Source of the DNA: an uncultured Clostridia bacterium
GTDB lineage: Bacteria > Bacillota > Clostridia > Oscillospirales > Ruminococcaceae
Reading direction: 5' to 3'
Assembly (NCBI GenBank): GCA_947589215.1
Contig: CANQCL010000009.1
Coordinates: forward strand, 13,303-53,302
DNA length: 40,000 bases
Part shown: positions 1 through 10,204 of the stretch, in pieces
How the letters are laid out: each line of letters opens with the position of its first letter
How positions within the stretch are numbered: the stretch's first letter is position 1
Position numbers and translations under genes: made by a program
Notes under the pieces: generated by a model
Seen by the model: the letters and a program-made list of their open reading frames with translations, nothing else
Database searches by the model: none
What the model was told of the DNA's origin: nothing

Positions 1-1566
1 CTCAGACTTTCTGCTTTGCATTTCCTCATCGCTTATCTCAACATTTATCTTGTTAGCAGGAATATCAATAGAAATAATATCTCCTTCTTTAACAAGCGCA
101 ATAGGTCCTCCTACCGCAGCTTCGGGAGAAACGTGTCCGATTGCAGCACCCCTTGTAGCTCCTGAAAATCTGCCGTCGGTGATAAGCGCAACGCTCTCGC
201 CTAGACCCATTCCCATAATAGCAGAAGTAGGATTGAGCATCTCTCTCATTCCCGGTCCGCCCTTTGGTCCTTCATAACGAATAACAACAACGTCGCCCGG
301 ATTTATCTTTCCGCCCAGAATTGCATTCATTGCGTCCTCCTCACAGTCAAACACCCTTGCAGGACCTGAATGTGAAAGCATCTCAGGCGCAACTGCCGAG
401 CGCTTTACAACACAGCTGTCCGGAGCTAAATTTCCTCTCAAAACAGCAATTCCACCCGTTTTGGAATAAGGATCATCAATATCCCTAATAACATTGGTAT
501 TCTTATTTTTGCAGTCCTTTATATTCTCTCCCACTGTTTTTCCTGTGCAGGTAATGCAGTCGGTGTTAAGAAGATTTTTCTTTGAAAGCTCGTTCATAAG
601 CGCATATACTCCGCCTGCTTCGTTAAGCTGCTCCATATAGGTGTTTCCGGCAGGTGCAAGGTGACAAAGGTTAGGCGTTCTGTCGCTGATTTCATTTGCT
701 ATATCTAAATTTAACTCTATTCCGCACTCGTGTGCAATAGCCGGAAGGTGAAGCATTGAGTTTGTTGAACAGCCCAAAGCCATATCGCAGGCAAGAGCAT
801 TCATAAATGCCTTTTCAGTCATTATATCTCTAGGCTTTATATCCTTTTTCAAAAGCTCCATGATCTGCATACCTGCGTGCTTTGCAAGCTCTATTCTCTC
901 TGAATATACAGCAGGAATAGTTCCGTTGCCTTTAAGTCCCATTCCAAGAACCTCTGTAAGGCAGTTCATTGAATTTGCCGTATACATTCCCGAACAAGAA
1001 CCGCAGGTAGGACAGCCGTGTTTTTCATATTCGTCAAGCTTTTCAGCGCCTATCTTGCCTGCGTTAAATTCGCCGACCGCTTCTGAAATACTTGAAAAGC
1101 TAGTCATCTTTCCATCAACGTGTCCTGCGAGCATCGGACCTCCCGAAACAAATATCGTAGGTATATTGACCCTTGCCGCCGCCATTAAAAGTCCCGGTAC
1201 GTTCTTGTCGCAGTTTGGAACCATAACAAGCGCATCAAATGCGTGGGCTATCGCCATAGCCTCAGTTGAATCGGCAATAAGGTCACGGGTAACAAGACTG
1301 TACTTCATTCCCTGATGTCCCATAGCGATTCCGTCGCAAACGGCTATCGCAGGGAAAACAATAGGAGTTCCTCCTGCCATTGCGACCCCAAGCTTTACGG
1401 CATCTACTATTTTATCAATATTCATATGACCAGGTACTATCTCGTTATATGACGATACAATACCAACCAACGGTCTTGAAATCTCCTCTCTTGTCAGTCC
1501 CAGTGCATGATATAACGCGCGGTGCGGAGCGTTATTTGCTCCTTCTTTTATGTTGTTGCTTATCAT
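1..1566 (-). CDS. ilvD: dihydroxy-acid dehydratase; the C-terminal ~40 aa are cut off by the window edge
   Basis: Absent from the ORF track because it runs open to position 1. My translation of the minus strand from ATG 1566 gives [47 protein letters not shown]... At 300-120 it reads [62 protein letters not shown], the IlvD/Edd hallmark block. The frame stays open for all 522 codons. Confidence 0.93.
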   Translation of the reverse strand, partial: MISNNIKEGANNAPHRALYHALGLTREEISRPLVGIVSSYNEIVPGHMNIDKIVDAVKLGVAMAGGTPIVFPAIAVCDGIAMGHQGMKYSLVTRDLIADSTEAMAIAHAFDALVMVPNCDKNVPGLLMAAARVNIPTIFVSGGPMLAGHVDGKMTSFSSISEAVGEFNAGKIGAEKLDEYEKHGCPTCGSCSGMYTANSMNCLTEVLGMGLKGNGTIPAVYSERIELAKHAGMQIMELLKKDIKPRDIMTEKAFMNALACDMALGCSTNSMLHLPAIAHECGIELNLDIANEISDRTPNLCHLAPAGNTYMEQLNEAGGVYALMNELSKKNLLNTDCITCTGKTVGENIKDCKNKNTNVIRDIDDPYSKTGGIAVLRGNLAPDSCVVKRSAVAPEMLSHSGPARVFDCEEDAMNAILGGKINPGDVVVIRYEGPKGGPGMREMLNPTSAIMGMGLGESVALITDGRFSGATRGAAIGHVSPEAAVGGPIALVKEGDIISIDIPANKINVEISDEEMQSRKSE

Positions 1567-2101
1567 ACTTCTTTTTCTCCTTATCATTAAATTTATTTAT
1601 TTCTTTTATAATGTTCTTTACAACTGTGTAAACAGGTACTCCGCCGCTTACGGTAATTACACTGTTTCTTATGTAAAGTCTTTTTCTTTTGTCAAAAAGC
1701 CTTTTTAAATCCTCTCTTTTTGAATTATAAGCCAGCGGTCTGTTTTTATCTCCCTTTATACGATTATAGCATACTGAAAACTTTGTATCAATAAAAACAG
1801 GTATTCCAAACTTCTTGGCGGCACGTCCGTTTTCCTCACGCAAAAGCGCTCCGCCGCCTGTGGCTATTACACCTTTTTCATTTCCTAACTTCTTTATCGT
1901 TTCTGTTTCCAGATTTCTGAAATACTCTTCGCCTTCGGCTTCAAATATTTCGCTTATGCTTCTGCCCTCTTGTTTTTCGATATAGTCGTCCATATCAATA
2001 AAACTGCACTTTAAAGCGCAAGCTAGTCTTTTTCCCACAGTTGATTTTCCGCAGCCCATAAAGCCGCAGAGAAATATTGGTTTCATAATCTTTAAATACA
2101 C
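1532..2101 (-). CDS. aroK: shikimate kinase
   Basis: P-loop [15 protein letters not shown], a GGGALL motif and a ~170-aa core. Position 2101 is a GTG, and ATG 2086 (MKPIFLCG) is equally plausible. The 3' end overlaps the ilvD start by 35 nt. Confidence 0.85.
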   Translation of the reverse strand: MYLKIMKPIFLCGFMGCGKSTVGKRLACALKCSFIDMDDYIEKQEGRSISEIFEAEGEEYFRNLETETIKKLGNEKGVIATGGGALLREENGRAAKKFGIPVFIDTKFSVCYNRIKGDKNRPLAYNSKREDLKRLFDKRKRLYIRNSVITVSGGVPVYTVVKNIIKEINKFNDKEKKKYDKQQHKRRSK

Positions 2102-2142
2102 TCCATTAAGGAGTATTACCTCCTGACATTTTCATAGTAAAA

Positions 2143-2991
2143 CTACTTAAAATCTCTCTTTACAATTTCATTCATCTCATCTATTATGCCGTTCACTTCA
2201 TCAATAGTATACTCGTCTCTGTCCCATATCTTATGAGCCGATACCGCCTGCCATACCAGCATTGCCATTCCGCCGATTGCTTTTTTGCCCATCTCCTTTG
2301 CCTTTTTCAAAAGCAATGTCTCTTCAGGATTATACACAATATCGAAAACCGCATCGCACTTTTCAATTACTTCATCTGATACAGGACAAGCGTCAACCTT
2401 TGGATACATACCCACAGGGCAGGCGTTTACAAGCAAATCATACTGCTTGTTTGTATCGATTTTAGTGTTCAAAACTATATTTACCTTTGCGTCAGACTTA
2501 ATAGCCTTTATCTCCTTTTCAACCTGAATTGCAAGCGGCATATCAGATTCCAATACGGCAATATTCAAACTAGCTCCTGCCAGTGCCGACTCAATAGCTA
2601 TCATTCTTCCTGCTCCGCCGCAGCCGATAAGCAAGACCTCTCCCGATAGCTTTGCGCCCATTGAACGCACCGTCTCTAAAAAACCGTCGCAATCGGTGTT
2701 GTAGCCTGTTGTTATGCCGTTTTTATTGTCAACACAGTTTACCGAATTATATCTCTTTGCCGACTCGTCCAGCCTGTCAATTTGATCTATGATCGCTACT
2801 TTGTGAGGTATAGTAATATTGTAGCCAGCCATAGAATTAAGCTCGTCTGCGCTTGACTTCAAATCCTGCGGACTTATCTCTCTTACCTCATACTCAAACT
2901 CACGGTTTCTAAGCTCAAACAGCCTTTTGTGAATTGGCGGAGACATTGTATGCTTTAATGTCTCTCCTAAAATACAGTATTTGCGTTCCAT
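2143..2991 (-). CDS. aroE: shikimate 5-dehydrogenase
   Basis: HTMSPPIHK, NITIPHK, YNTDCDGF and a Rossmann GCGGAGR motif, 282 aa. Adjacent to aroK. Confidence 0.9.
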   Translation of the reverse strand: MERKYCILGETLKHTMSPPIHKRLFELRNREFEYEVREISPQDLKSSADELNSMAGYNITIPHKVAIIDQIDRLDESAKRYNSVNCVDNKNGITTGYNTDCDGFLETVRSMGAKLSGEVLLIGCGGAGRMIAIESALAGASLNIAVLESDMPLAIQVEKEIKAIKSDAKVNIVLNTKIDTNKQYDLLVNACPVGMYPKVDACPVSDEVIEKCDAVFDIVYNPEETLLLKKAKEMGKKAIGGMAMLVWQAVSAHKIWDRDEYTIDEVNGIIDEMNEIVKRDFK

Positions 2992-3019
2992 TTCTATGTA
3001 TTAGTCCTTTCGTATGTAA

Positions 3020-3502
3020 TCACAGTTTAATCTCGACAGTTCTTGAAGTGGGAGAATACTCTTTATACCTTACTCCTGCCATATCAAACATTCGTTTAGA
3101 GGCTATCACTTCTTCAGTATTAGAGTATTTATCCTCCATATAAATGACCTCTTTTATTCCGCTTTGAATTATAGCCTTTGCACATTCATTGCACGGGAAA
3201 AGCGACACATATATTTTAGAGTTCTTAACCGAACCTGTAGAGCTGTTTAAAATCGCATTCAGCTCTGCGTGGCACACAAACGGATACTTAGTATCAAGAG
3301 TGCTCTCGCCCTCTCTAGCCCAAGGCATTTCATCATCATTACAGCCTGTGGGCATTCCGTTATAGCCTACCGAAAGTATCTTGTTTTCATTTGACACTAT
3401 ACACGCTCCCACCTGTGTGTTTGAATCCTTTGAGCGCTGTGCCGAAAACAAGGCTATACCCATAAAATACTCGTCCCACGAAATATAATCGGTTCTTTTC
3501 AT
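3020..3502 (-). CDS. comEB: dCMP deaminase (ComEB-type deoxycytidylate deaminase)
   Basis: Zinc-deaminase motifs HAELNAI and PCNECAKAI, 160 aa. Confidence 0.85.
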   Translation of the reverse strand: MKRTDYISWDEYFMGIALFSAQRSKDSNTQVGACIVSNENKILSVGYNGMPTGCNDDEMPWAREGESTLDTKYPFVCHAELNAILNSSTGSVKNSKIYVSLFPCNECAKAIIQSGIKEVIYMEDKYSNTEEVIASKRMFDMAGVRYKEYSPTSRTVEIKL

Positions 3503-3514
3503 ATTCTTTCACTC

Positions 3515-3649
3515 CTATTGCGGCTTTAACTTTTCACCGTCTAACTCTTCATCATCAAAAGTTTCCTCAATCTCAAGCCCAAGCTCCTCAAAAAGCCTGT
3601 CGAATTCAGCTTCCGATTCTATTTTATCTTTCGTATTAAAAAGTCCCAT
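3515..3649 (-). CDS. hypothetical small acidic protein (44 aa)
   Basis: Below the ORF-track size cutoff. My translation is MGLFNTKDKIESEAEFDRLFEELGLEIEETFDDEELDGEKLKPQ. An AAGGAG sits 10 nt upstream of the ATG. The ORF fills the glcK-comEB gap on the same strand. Confidence 0.3.
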   Translation of the reverse strand: MGLFNTKDKIESEAEFDRLFEELGLEIEETFDDEELDGEKLKPQ

Positions 3650-3690
3650 AACAGCCTTGCTCCTTACACTTATTAGACTTATTAGAATTT

Positions 3691-4656
3691 CTATTTCTGA
3701 TTTTCCTTAGCAAGCCCCAAGAAAGCCGCACCTATTAAACCTGCGTTATTGCCAAGCTTCGCTATAACTATCTCGGTATTCTTAGGTGAGTTTCTTGTGT
3801 AAACTTCCCTCTCCACAATCTCCTTCATAGGCACAAGCAACGGATCTCCCTCGTTACAGACGCCGCCGCCGATACACAGTATATCAGGCTGAAAAATGTT
3901 GATTGTATTTGTAATTCCTGCCGCAAGATACTTTATATATTTATCCACGACGTCTTTTGCCGTCTTATCGCCCTTTCTCATAGCCTCAAACGCAAGCCTT
4001 GCACTTACCTTGCCGTACTCCTCTGCCATTTTGTGCATTATGCTGTCGGTGTTTCTGTCCATAGCCTCTTTGGTCATTCTAACAAGACCCGTCGCCGATG
4101 AGAAAACCTCGAAACAGCCCTTTCTTCCGCAGGTACACTGAGGTCCGTCTACATCTATGACCATATGACCTATTTCTGCTCCTGCATAATTAAATCCCGA
4201 ATATATCTTTCCGTCAATAATTATTCCTCCACCAACTCCTGTTCCAAGAGTTATGCATACAGCGTCTCTAGCTCCCTTTGCTGCACCTGCAACATACTCA
4301 CCATATGCTGCGGCGTTAGCATCGTTTTCTATATATACAGGCAGATTTAACTTCTGCCTGAACATCTTCTCCATCTCAACATTTTCAAAACCCAAATTGC
4401 ACGAATACTCTATTACTCCGCTGTCTGAATTTGCAATTCCCGGAGTTCCTATTCCGATGCTTTCAATATCATCTATGCTAAGCCCTGCTGACTCTATAGC
4501 TCCTTTGGTTACCGATATCATATCGTCACATATCTCCCTCGCAGGACGAGGAAGGTTGGTCTTTGTCTTAGCTTTAGATACGATTTCAAAATCCTCATTT
4601 ATTACACCGGCGGCTATATTCGTTCCGCCGAGATCTATTCCAACATAATACTTCAT
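3691..4656 (-). CDS. glcK: ROK-family glucokinase
   Basis: GIDLGGTN ATP-binding start, the ROK zinc motif CTCGRKGCFE, 321 aa. Confidence 0.87.
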   Translation of the reverse strand: MKYYVGIDLGGTNIAAGVINEDFEIVSKAKTKTNLPRPAREICDDMISVTKGAIESAGLSIDDIESIGIGTPGIANSDSGVIEYSCNLGFENVEMEKMFRQKLNLPVYIENDANAAAYGEYVAGAAKGARDAVCITLGTGVGGGIIIDGKIYSGFNYAGAEIGHMVIDVDGPQCTCGRKGCFEVFSSATGLVRMTKEAMDRNTDSIMHKMAEEYGKVSARLAFEAMRKGDKTAKDVVDKYIKYLAAGITNTINIFQPDILCIGGGVCNEGDPLLVPMKEIVEREVYTRNSPKNTEIVIAKLGNNAGLIGAAFLGLAKENQK

Positions 4657-4754
4657 CTATTTAATTCTCCCGAACATCTATAATCATACTTATACATAGT
4701 GTATAATATCATATTATACCATTAAAGTCAAATTAAATACGGTTTAATCGTCTT

Positions 4755-5090
4755 TCATCTTTTCGGTATGTAAACGGTCAGTCTTTTATTATTCTGTATG
4801 CAAAAATCTATGACATACTTTGTACCGCGCGATTGCCCGTCCCAAAAAGCAATTACTTTATCACTGTAATCTACAATCAGATTATTGCGGATAAGCGGTG
4901 CTTTTCTTCCGTATTTTTTATATTCAGGCAGAAATTCCGTCAGTATCAGCTTGTTGTGAAATGCGTATTCCCTTGCACAGGTGTCAACTCCTTTTGCCCC
5001 TCCAGATACAATTTCCGTTGTATTTTCCGGCAGATATTTTTTTAAATCTTTTACTCTTATACTTCTTGAACCTATTACTGCAACTTTCAT
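4755..5090 (-). CDS. SLOG-superfamily (DprA/LOG-like Rossmann, DUF2493-type) small protein
   Basis: VSGGAKGVDTCAREYA resembles the DprA/SLOG GxAxGxD motif, and AFWDGQSRGT is also present. AGGAG lies 8 nt before ATG 5090 (MKVAVIGSRS), so I trimmed the ORF-track start at 5108. Confidence 0.55.
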   Translation of the reverse strand: MKVAVIGSRSIRVKDLKKYLPENTTEIVSGGAKGVDTCAREYAFHNKLILTEFLPEYKKYGRKAPLIRNNLIVDYSDKVIAFWDGQSRGTKYVIDFCIQNNKRLTVYIPKR

Positions 5091-5220
5091 TTTAAAGTCT
5101 CCTAACACTAAAAATCATATGTAAGCTATGCATAGACTATAATAGTATCACACATAGCCTATAATTGCAAATTTTTTTGTATATCATAATTAATAATAAA
5201 TAATGAATGGAGTATTAATT

Positions 5221-5463
5221 ATGGATACGATTACAGCGGTAAAAAACAGAATTTTTCAGCTTTGTGATAAGCATAATATTTCAATTAACAAACTGGCTAA
5301 CATATGTGCTTTGCCTCCGTCATCTGTTAAGAATATTCTATATGGAAAAAGTCAAAATCCAAAGCTGCTTACGATTAAAATGATTTGCGATGGACTTGGT
5401 ATAACCCTATCAGAATTTTTCAATACTGATGATTTTAATAATTTAGAGCAAGAAATTAAATAG
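5221..5463 (+). CDS. XRE-family helix-turn-helix transcriptional regulator
   Basis: ISINKLANICALPPSSVKNILYGKSQNPKLLTIKMICDGLGITLSEFF is a Cro/CI-type HTH. GGAG lies 8 nt before ATG 5221. The ORF-track start at 5203 lacks an SD. Confidence 0.8.
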   Translation: MDTITAVKNRIFQLCDKHNISINKLANICALPPSSVKNILYGKSQNPKLLTIKMICDGLGITLSEFFNTDDFNNLEQEIK

Positions 5464-5600
5464 ATAATTTTATAATTTTAACGTGTTTCTTTTTTAATAA
5501 AATTCAAGAGTTATTACAACTCTGTTTTAACTCTAATTATACATATAACTCCATAAAAAGTCTATAATAAATTTAAAATAAAATTATTAAGGAGTTATTT

Positions 5601-5780
5601 ATGAAAAAGGAAAGACATTTTGGATTAAGAATTGATGATGAATTACTAAGAAAATTTCATTATGTGTGTGACTACAACGGTCGCTCAGCTAACGGACAAA
5701 TTTTATATCTAATTAGAAAATGTGTTAAAGAATTTGAAAATGCTGAGGGTGAAATAAAGGTTGAGCTTGAAAACAGATAA
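5601..5780 (+). CDS. ribbon-helix-helix (Arc/CopG-like) DNA-binding protein, 59 aa
   Basis: Below the ORF-track cutoff. My translation is MKKERHFGLRIDDELLRKFHYVCDYNGRSANGQILYLIRKCVKEFENAEGEIKVELENR. It shows a beta-strand-then-two-helices RHH pattern, and AAGGAG lies 7 nt upstream. Confidence 0.6.
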   Translation: MKKERHFGLRIDDELLRKFHYVCDYNGRSANGQILYLIRKCVKEFENAEGEIKVELENR

Positions 5781-5879
5781 TATAAGTACAACTTATACAA
5801 ATTATCAAAAATATATATTTTACTTATACAAGAATATGTGATATACTATACTGTAAGAATTAATAAAGGAGATTGTTTT

Positions 5880-7142
5880 ATGGGTATGACTATGACTCAA
5901 AAGGTGCTTGCCGCACACGCTGGTTTGGATAGCGTAAAGGCAGGAGACCTGATTATGGCAAATTTGGATATGGTACTCGGAAACGATATCACCTCTCCTG
6001 TTGCCATAAACGAATTTAACAAAGCCGGCTTTGACAGTGTTTTTGACGGAAGTAAAATCTCTATGGTTATGGATCATTTTGCTCCGAACAAGGATATTAA
6101 AGCTGCAACTCAGTGCAAGCAGTGCAGAGATTTCTGCGGAGAGCTTGGAGTTAAGAACTTCTTTGACGTTGGAGATATGGGCGTTGAGCACGCTATACTT
6201 CCCGAAAAAGGACTCGTAGCGCCCGGCGACTTGGTTATCGGCGCTGATTCTCACACTTGTACATACGGTGCGTTGGGTGCGTTCTCAACAGGAGTTGGCT
6301 CAACAGATATGGCTGCCGGAATGGCTACAGGCAAGGCTTGGTTTAAAGTACCTCCTGCTCTAAAGTTTAATATTACAGGAAAGCTAAACAAGTGGGTTTC
6401 GGGCAAGGACGTTATTTTGCACATTATCGGTATGATAGGCGTAGACGGCGCATTGTACAAGTCAATGGAGTTCTCGGGCGAGGGACTTAAAAACCTCACT
6501 ATGGAGGACAGACTTTGTATGGCTAATATGGCTATCGAAGCAGGCGCAAAAAACGGAATCTTTGCAGTTGACGAGGTTACGCTTGATTTTGTCAAGGATA
6601 AGGTTTCAAAGGAATTCAAGGTGTATGAGGCTGATGCAGACGCCGAATATGAAAAGGTTTATGATATTGACCTTTCACAAATAAAGCCTACTGTATCTTT
6701 TCCGCATTTACCGGAAAACGCTAAAACCTTCGACGAGTTCGGCGATATAAAGATAGATCAAGTGGTTATCGGCTCATGTACAAACGGAAGAATCGAAGAC
6801 CTACGTGCCGCTGCTGAAATTCTCAAAGGCAAAACGGTCGCAGACGGCGTAAGATGTATAGTAATCCCTGCAACTCAGAAGATTTATCTTCAAGCAATGG
6901 AAGAGGGACTTTTGAAAATATTTATCGACGCAAGATGCGCGGTTTCAACACCTACCTGCGGTCCGTGTCTGGGAGGACATATGGGCATTCTTGCAAAGGG
7001 TGAAAGAGCCGTTGCTACAACAAACAGAAACTTTGTCGGAAGAATGGGACATCCTGAAAGTGAAGTTTATCTAGCTTCACCTGCTGTTGCTGCGGCATCG
7101 GCAGTTACAGGAAAGATTTCTCAGCCAACAGAAGTAATGTAG
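5880..7142 (+). CDS. leuC: 3-isopropylmalate dehydratase large subunit
   Basis: Aconitase-family motifs GADSHT and GSCTNGR. The ORF-track start at 5838 is a GTG. ATG 5880 ([10 protein letters not shown]) follows AAAGGAGA. Confidence 0.93.
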   Translation: MGMTMTQKVLAAHAGLDSVKAGDLIMANLDMVLGNDITSPVAINEFNKAGFDSVFDGSKISMVMDHFAPNKDIKAATQCKQCRDFCGELGVKNFFDVGDMGVEHAILPEKGLVAPGDLVIGADSHTCTYGALGAFSTGVGSTDMAAGMATGKAWFKVPPALKFNITGKLNKWVSGKDVILHIIGMIGVDGALYKSMEFSGEGLKNLTMEDRLCMANMAIEAGAKNGIFAVDEVTLDFVKDKVSKEFKVYEADADAEYEKVYDIDLSQIKPTVSFPHLPENAKTFDEFGDIKIDQVVIGSCTNGRIEDLRAAAEILKGKTVADGVRCIVIPATQKIYLQAMEEGLLKIFIDARCAVSTPTCGPCLGGHMGILAKGERAVATTNRNFVGRMGHPESEVYLASPAVAAASAVTGKISQPTEVM

Positions 7143-7151
7143 AAAGGTGGT

Positions 7152-7640
7152 ATGAATATGAAAGCACTAGGAAAAGTACACAAATACGGCGACAACGTAG
7201 ATACAGACGTTATCATACCTGCAAGATACTTAAACACAGCAGATCACAAAGAACTGGCCTCACACTGTATGGAGGACATAGACATCGACTTTGTAAAGAA
7301 GGTCAAGAAAGGCGATATTATGGTAGCGGAAGCTAATTTCGGCTGCGGTTCATCTCGTGAGCACGCACCAATCGCTATTAAAGAGAGCGGGATATCCTGC
7401 GTTATTGCAAAGACGTTCGCCAGAATTTTCTACCGCAATGCAATCAATATCGGACTTCCTATTATTGAGTGTCCCGAAGCTGCTGAAAACATCAGCGACG
7501 GTGACGAGGTAGAAATTGATTTTGACAGCGGTATAATTACCAACAAAACTAAAGGTGAAAGCTATCAAGGACAGCCTTTCCCTGAGTTTATAAAAAACAT
7601 TATAAATAAGAACGGTCTTTTAAATTCACTAAAAGGCTAG
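7152..7640 (+). CDS. leuD: 3-isopropylmalate dehydratase small subunit
   Basis: [11 protein letters not shown] motif, 162 aa short-type LeuD, 9 nt after leuC. Confidence 0.93.
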   Translation: MNMKALGKVHKYGDNVDTDVIIPARYLNTADHKELASHCMEDIDIDFVKKVKKGDIMVAEANFGCGSSREHAPIAIKESGISCVIAKTFARIFYRNAINIGLPIIECPEAAENISDGDEVEIDFDSGIITNKTKGESYQGQPFPEFIKNIINKNGLLNSLKG

Positions 7641-7653
7641 TGGAGGTATTATT

Positions 7654-7968
7654 ATGATTATTTTAACAATCGACAGTATACCCGGAAAAGAAATTGAAGC
7701 GTTAGGTCTTGTTAAAGGAAGCACAGTTCAGTCAAAGAATATGTTCAAGGATATGGGACAGGGCTTTAAGAGCATGGTCGGCGGAGAGCTTAAAAGCTAC
7801 ACCAAGATGATGAACGAGTCAAGAGAGATAGCTACAAAAAGAATGATCGAAGAAGCTCAAAGCATGGGCGCTGACGCAATAATCGGAGTAAGATTTGCAA
7901 CTTCATCAGTATTACAGGGTGCGTCTGAAATTATGGCATTCGGCACTGCTGTAAAAATCAAAGGTTAA
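7654..7968 (+). CDS. YbjQ/UPF0145 family protein
   Basis: 104 aa. The [38 protein letters not shown] pattern is typical of the YbjQ family. It is embedded between leuD and leuB. Confidence 0.8.
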   Translation: MIILTIDSIPGKEIEALGLVKGSTVQSKNMFKDMGQGFKSMVGGELKSYTKMMNESREIATKRMIEEAQSMGADAIIGVRFATSSVLQGASEIMAFGTAVKIKG

Positions 7969-7984
7969 TCGAGGAGACTTAAAT

Positions 7985-9058
7985 ATGAATAAGAAAATCG
8001 CAGTAATCAAGGGAGACGGAATAGGTCCTGAAATTGTCAATGAAGCTGAAAAGGTATTAAACAAGGTTGGAGAAAAGTATGGTCACACATTTGAGTATAC
8101 AGATGTTTTAATGGGCGGCTGTGCTATTGACGCAACAGGCGTTCCCCTGCCACAGGAAACAATAGATATATGTCTTGCATCAGACAGCGTTTTATTAGGC
8201 GCTGTGGGCGGTCCGAAATGGGACACACTTCCGGGAAATCTTCGTCCTGAAGCAGGACTGCTCGGCATTAGAGGTGCAATGAAGCTGTTTGCAAACATTC
8301 GTCCTGCTAAATTAATACCTGCTCTTGCAGGGGCTTGCCCGCTCAAAGACGAGATAACCAAAAACGGTCTTGATCTTGTTATAGTTCGTGAACTTATCGG
8401 CGGAGCATATTTCGGTGAGCGTGACACTCACGTTGACGAAAACGGCGTAAAGCACGCAAGCGATTCAATGGCTTATGCCGACTACGAAGTTGAGAGAATC
8501 TGTCGTGTGGCATTTGATATGGCAAGAAAAAGAGGCAAAAAGGTCCACTCGGTCGACAAAGCAAACGTACTTGATTCATCACGTTTATGGAGAGAGGTTG
8601 CACACAAGGTAGCAGAGGAATATCCGGACGTTGAGTTTCAAGACATTTTAGTCGACAACACAGCTATGCAGCTTGTACACAATCCCGCCCAGTTTGACGT
8701 AATGGTAACCGAGAACCTGTTCGGAGACATTCTTTCAGATGAGGCTTCAATGATCACAGGCTCGCTGGGTATGATACCATCAGCGTCACTTGGCGAAGGC
8801 TCACTGGGACTTTACGAGCCTATTCACGGTTCTGCGCCTGATATTGCAGGGCAAAACAAGGCTAATCCTCTTGCTACAATTCTCTCTGTAGCAATGATGC
8901 TCCGCTACTCATTTGATATGAGCAAAGAAGCTGACTCTATAGAGGATGCAGTTGACAAGGTTCTGGCAGACGGCTACCGCACAGGCGACATTATGTCTGA
9001 GGGTATGAAGTGCGTTTCGTGCAGTGAGATGGGAGATTTAGTGGCTGACAGAATATAA
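7985..9058 (+). CDS. leuB: 3-isopropylmalate dehydrogenase
   Basis: [20 protein letters not shown] signature, 357 aa. Confidence 0.95.
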   Translation: MNKKIAVIKGDGIGPEIVNEAEKVLNKVGEKYGHTFEYTDVLMGGCAIDATGVPLPQETIDICLASDSVLLGAVGGPKWDTLPGNLRPEAGLLGIRGAMKLFANIRPAKLIPALAGACPLKDEITKNGLDLVIVRELIGGAYFGERDTHVDENGVKHASDSMAYADYEVERICRVAFDMARKRGKKVHSVDKANVLDSSRLWREVAHKVAEEYPDVEFQDILVDNTAMQLVHNPAQFDVMVTENLFGDILSDEASMITGSLGMIPSASLGEGSLGLYEPIHGSAPDIAGQNKANPLATILSVAMMLRYSFDMSKEADSIEDAVDKVLADGYRTGDIMSEGMKCVSCSEMGDLVADRI

Positions 9059-9088
9059 ATACAACTCTAAAATCTACAAATATAGAAA

Positions 9089-9126
9089 ACGGCAAGGACT
9101 AATCATTTGTCCCTGCCGTTTTTTTA
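9089..9126 (+). terminator. intrinsic terminator after leuB
   Basis: ACGGCAAGGAC / GTCCCTGCCGT form an 11-bp stem with 1 mismatch, followed by TTTTTTTATTT. The 3' arm overlaps the convergent queH stop region. Confidence 0.7.
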
Positions 9127-9749
9127 TTTCTTTCACGCTCTGCTTTTGAATATACACATCCGCAGTAATCCTGACGATACAGATTATATTTTCTTGAAAG
9201 CTCAATAGAACGCTTATATCCATTTTTCTTTTTAAAGTCGCTTGGAAGCCATTTAACTCCTCCGTACTCCCCTGCCAGACGCTCGCCTATTTCATTTAGC
9301 TTTTCTGCGTTTTTATAAGGGCTTATTGAAAGAGTCGTTGTGAAATATTCAAACCCGTTTTTCTTAGCATATTCTATAGCTTTTCGCAGCCTTATTTCAT
9401 AGCATTTAAAACATCGCTCGCCGCCCTCAGGGATATCCTCCATTCCCCTAACCTCATCATAAAATTCTCTGTCGTTATACTTGGGAATTTCTATATTGAT
9501 TTCTTTGTCAAGCGGCATCTCAGAAACCAGCCTTTTAAGCTCGCTTACTCGGTATTCAAACTCAGACTTTGGGCTGATATTCGGATTGTAATACAAAAGC
9601 GTAATATCAAAATACTGTGAAAGATACTCCAAAACATAACTAGAACAAGGCGCACAGCAACTGTGAATCAACAATCTTGGTTTATTACCCTTTTTACACG
9701 AACTTTCCTTTATTATGTTTTCAAGCTCTTTGCTGTAATTTCTTTTCAT
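9099..9749 (-). CDS. queH: epoxyqueuosine reductase QueH (DUF208)
   Basis: HSCCAPCS, CFKC and DYCGC cysteine motifs, 216 aa. Confidence 0.85.
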   Translation of the reverse strand: MKRNYSKELENIIKESSCKKGNKPRLLIHSCCAPCSSYVLEYLSQYFDITLLYYNPNISPKSEFEYRVSELKRLVSEMPLDKEINIEIPKYNDREFYDEVRGMEDIPEGGERCFKCYEIRLRKAIEYAKKNGFEYFTTTLSISPYKNAEKLNEIGERLAGEYGGVKWLPSDFKKKNGYKRSIELSRKYNLYRQDYCGCVYSKAERERNKKTAGTND

Positions 9750-9930
9750 TACTTTTCTCCGTAAAACAAAATAAATTCAGATATTTGAACACATTAATTA
9801 TACCCTTGTACGTTATGCTTGTCAAACATAACGATGCTTAAACTACCATAATTTATTTGCATTTTTTAGAATGATAATAAGCTCGCTCGCATATATATGT
9901 TATGAAAACGACATCGGGGAGTTGGGTATT

Positions 9931-10203
9931 ATGAATTTTTCAGGAGATACAGACCGTTCAATAATACTGGGACAATACATAGTTGATAATAAGTGTACAG
10001 TTAGAGCTTGTGCAAAGGCATTCGGGATCAGCAAAAGTACAGTGCACAAGGACGTAAGTGAAAAGCTTCAAAAGACAAAACCTCAGCTATACAAAGAGGT
10101 AAAGAAAATTCTTGACTTTAACAAAAGCGAAAGGCACATAAGAGGCGGTATGGCTACAAAGCATAAATACGAAGAACAGAAGCTAAAAAACAATTCACAG
10201 TAA
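9931..10203 (+). CDS. spoIIID: sporulation transcriptional regulator SpoIIID
   Basis: YIVDNKCTVRACAKAFGISKSTVHKDVSEKL...ILDFNKSERHIRGGMATKHKY matches the SpoIIID HTH and basic tail. ATG 9931 follows GGGGAG. The ORF-track start at 9871 would give an atypically long protein. Confidence 0.85.
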   Translation: MNFSGDTDRSIILGQYIVDNKCTVRACAKAFGISKSTVHKDVSEKLQKTKPQLYKEVKKILDFNKSERHIRGGMATKHKYEEQKLKNNSQ

Positions 10204-10204
10204 A

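Noticed and set aside
860-1315. Long ORFs antisense to well-supported genes. Examples: 860-1315(+), 4253-4648(+), 8083-8427(-), 11214-11594(+), 11621-12079(+), 14991-15386(+), 22556-22948(-), 28362-28967(-), 35751-36146(+).
   Set aside because: Each lies entirely within, and opposite to, a gene with strong family motifs. Their composition is low-complexity (S/L/F/I-rich) with no SD or recognisable domains. They are shadow ORFs.
1532-1566. The 35-nt aroK/ilvD overlap as a sign of a frameshift or gene fusion.
   Set aside because: Both reading frames are intact with normal family termini. The lysine-rich aroK tail is simply long. Short overlaps are common in compact operons.
5781-5879. A Leu T-box or leader peptide upstream of leuC.
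   Set aside because: The intergenic region is ~100 nt, very AT-rich, and has no T-box motif, no terminator hairpin and no Leu-codon-rich mini-ORF.
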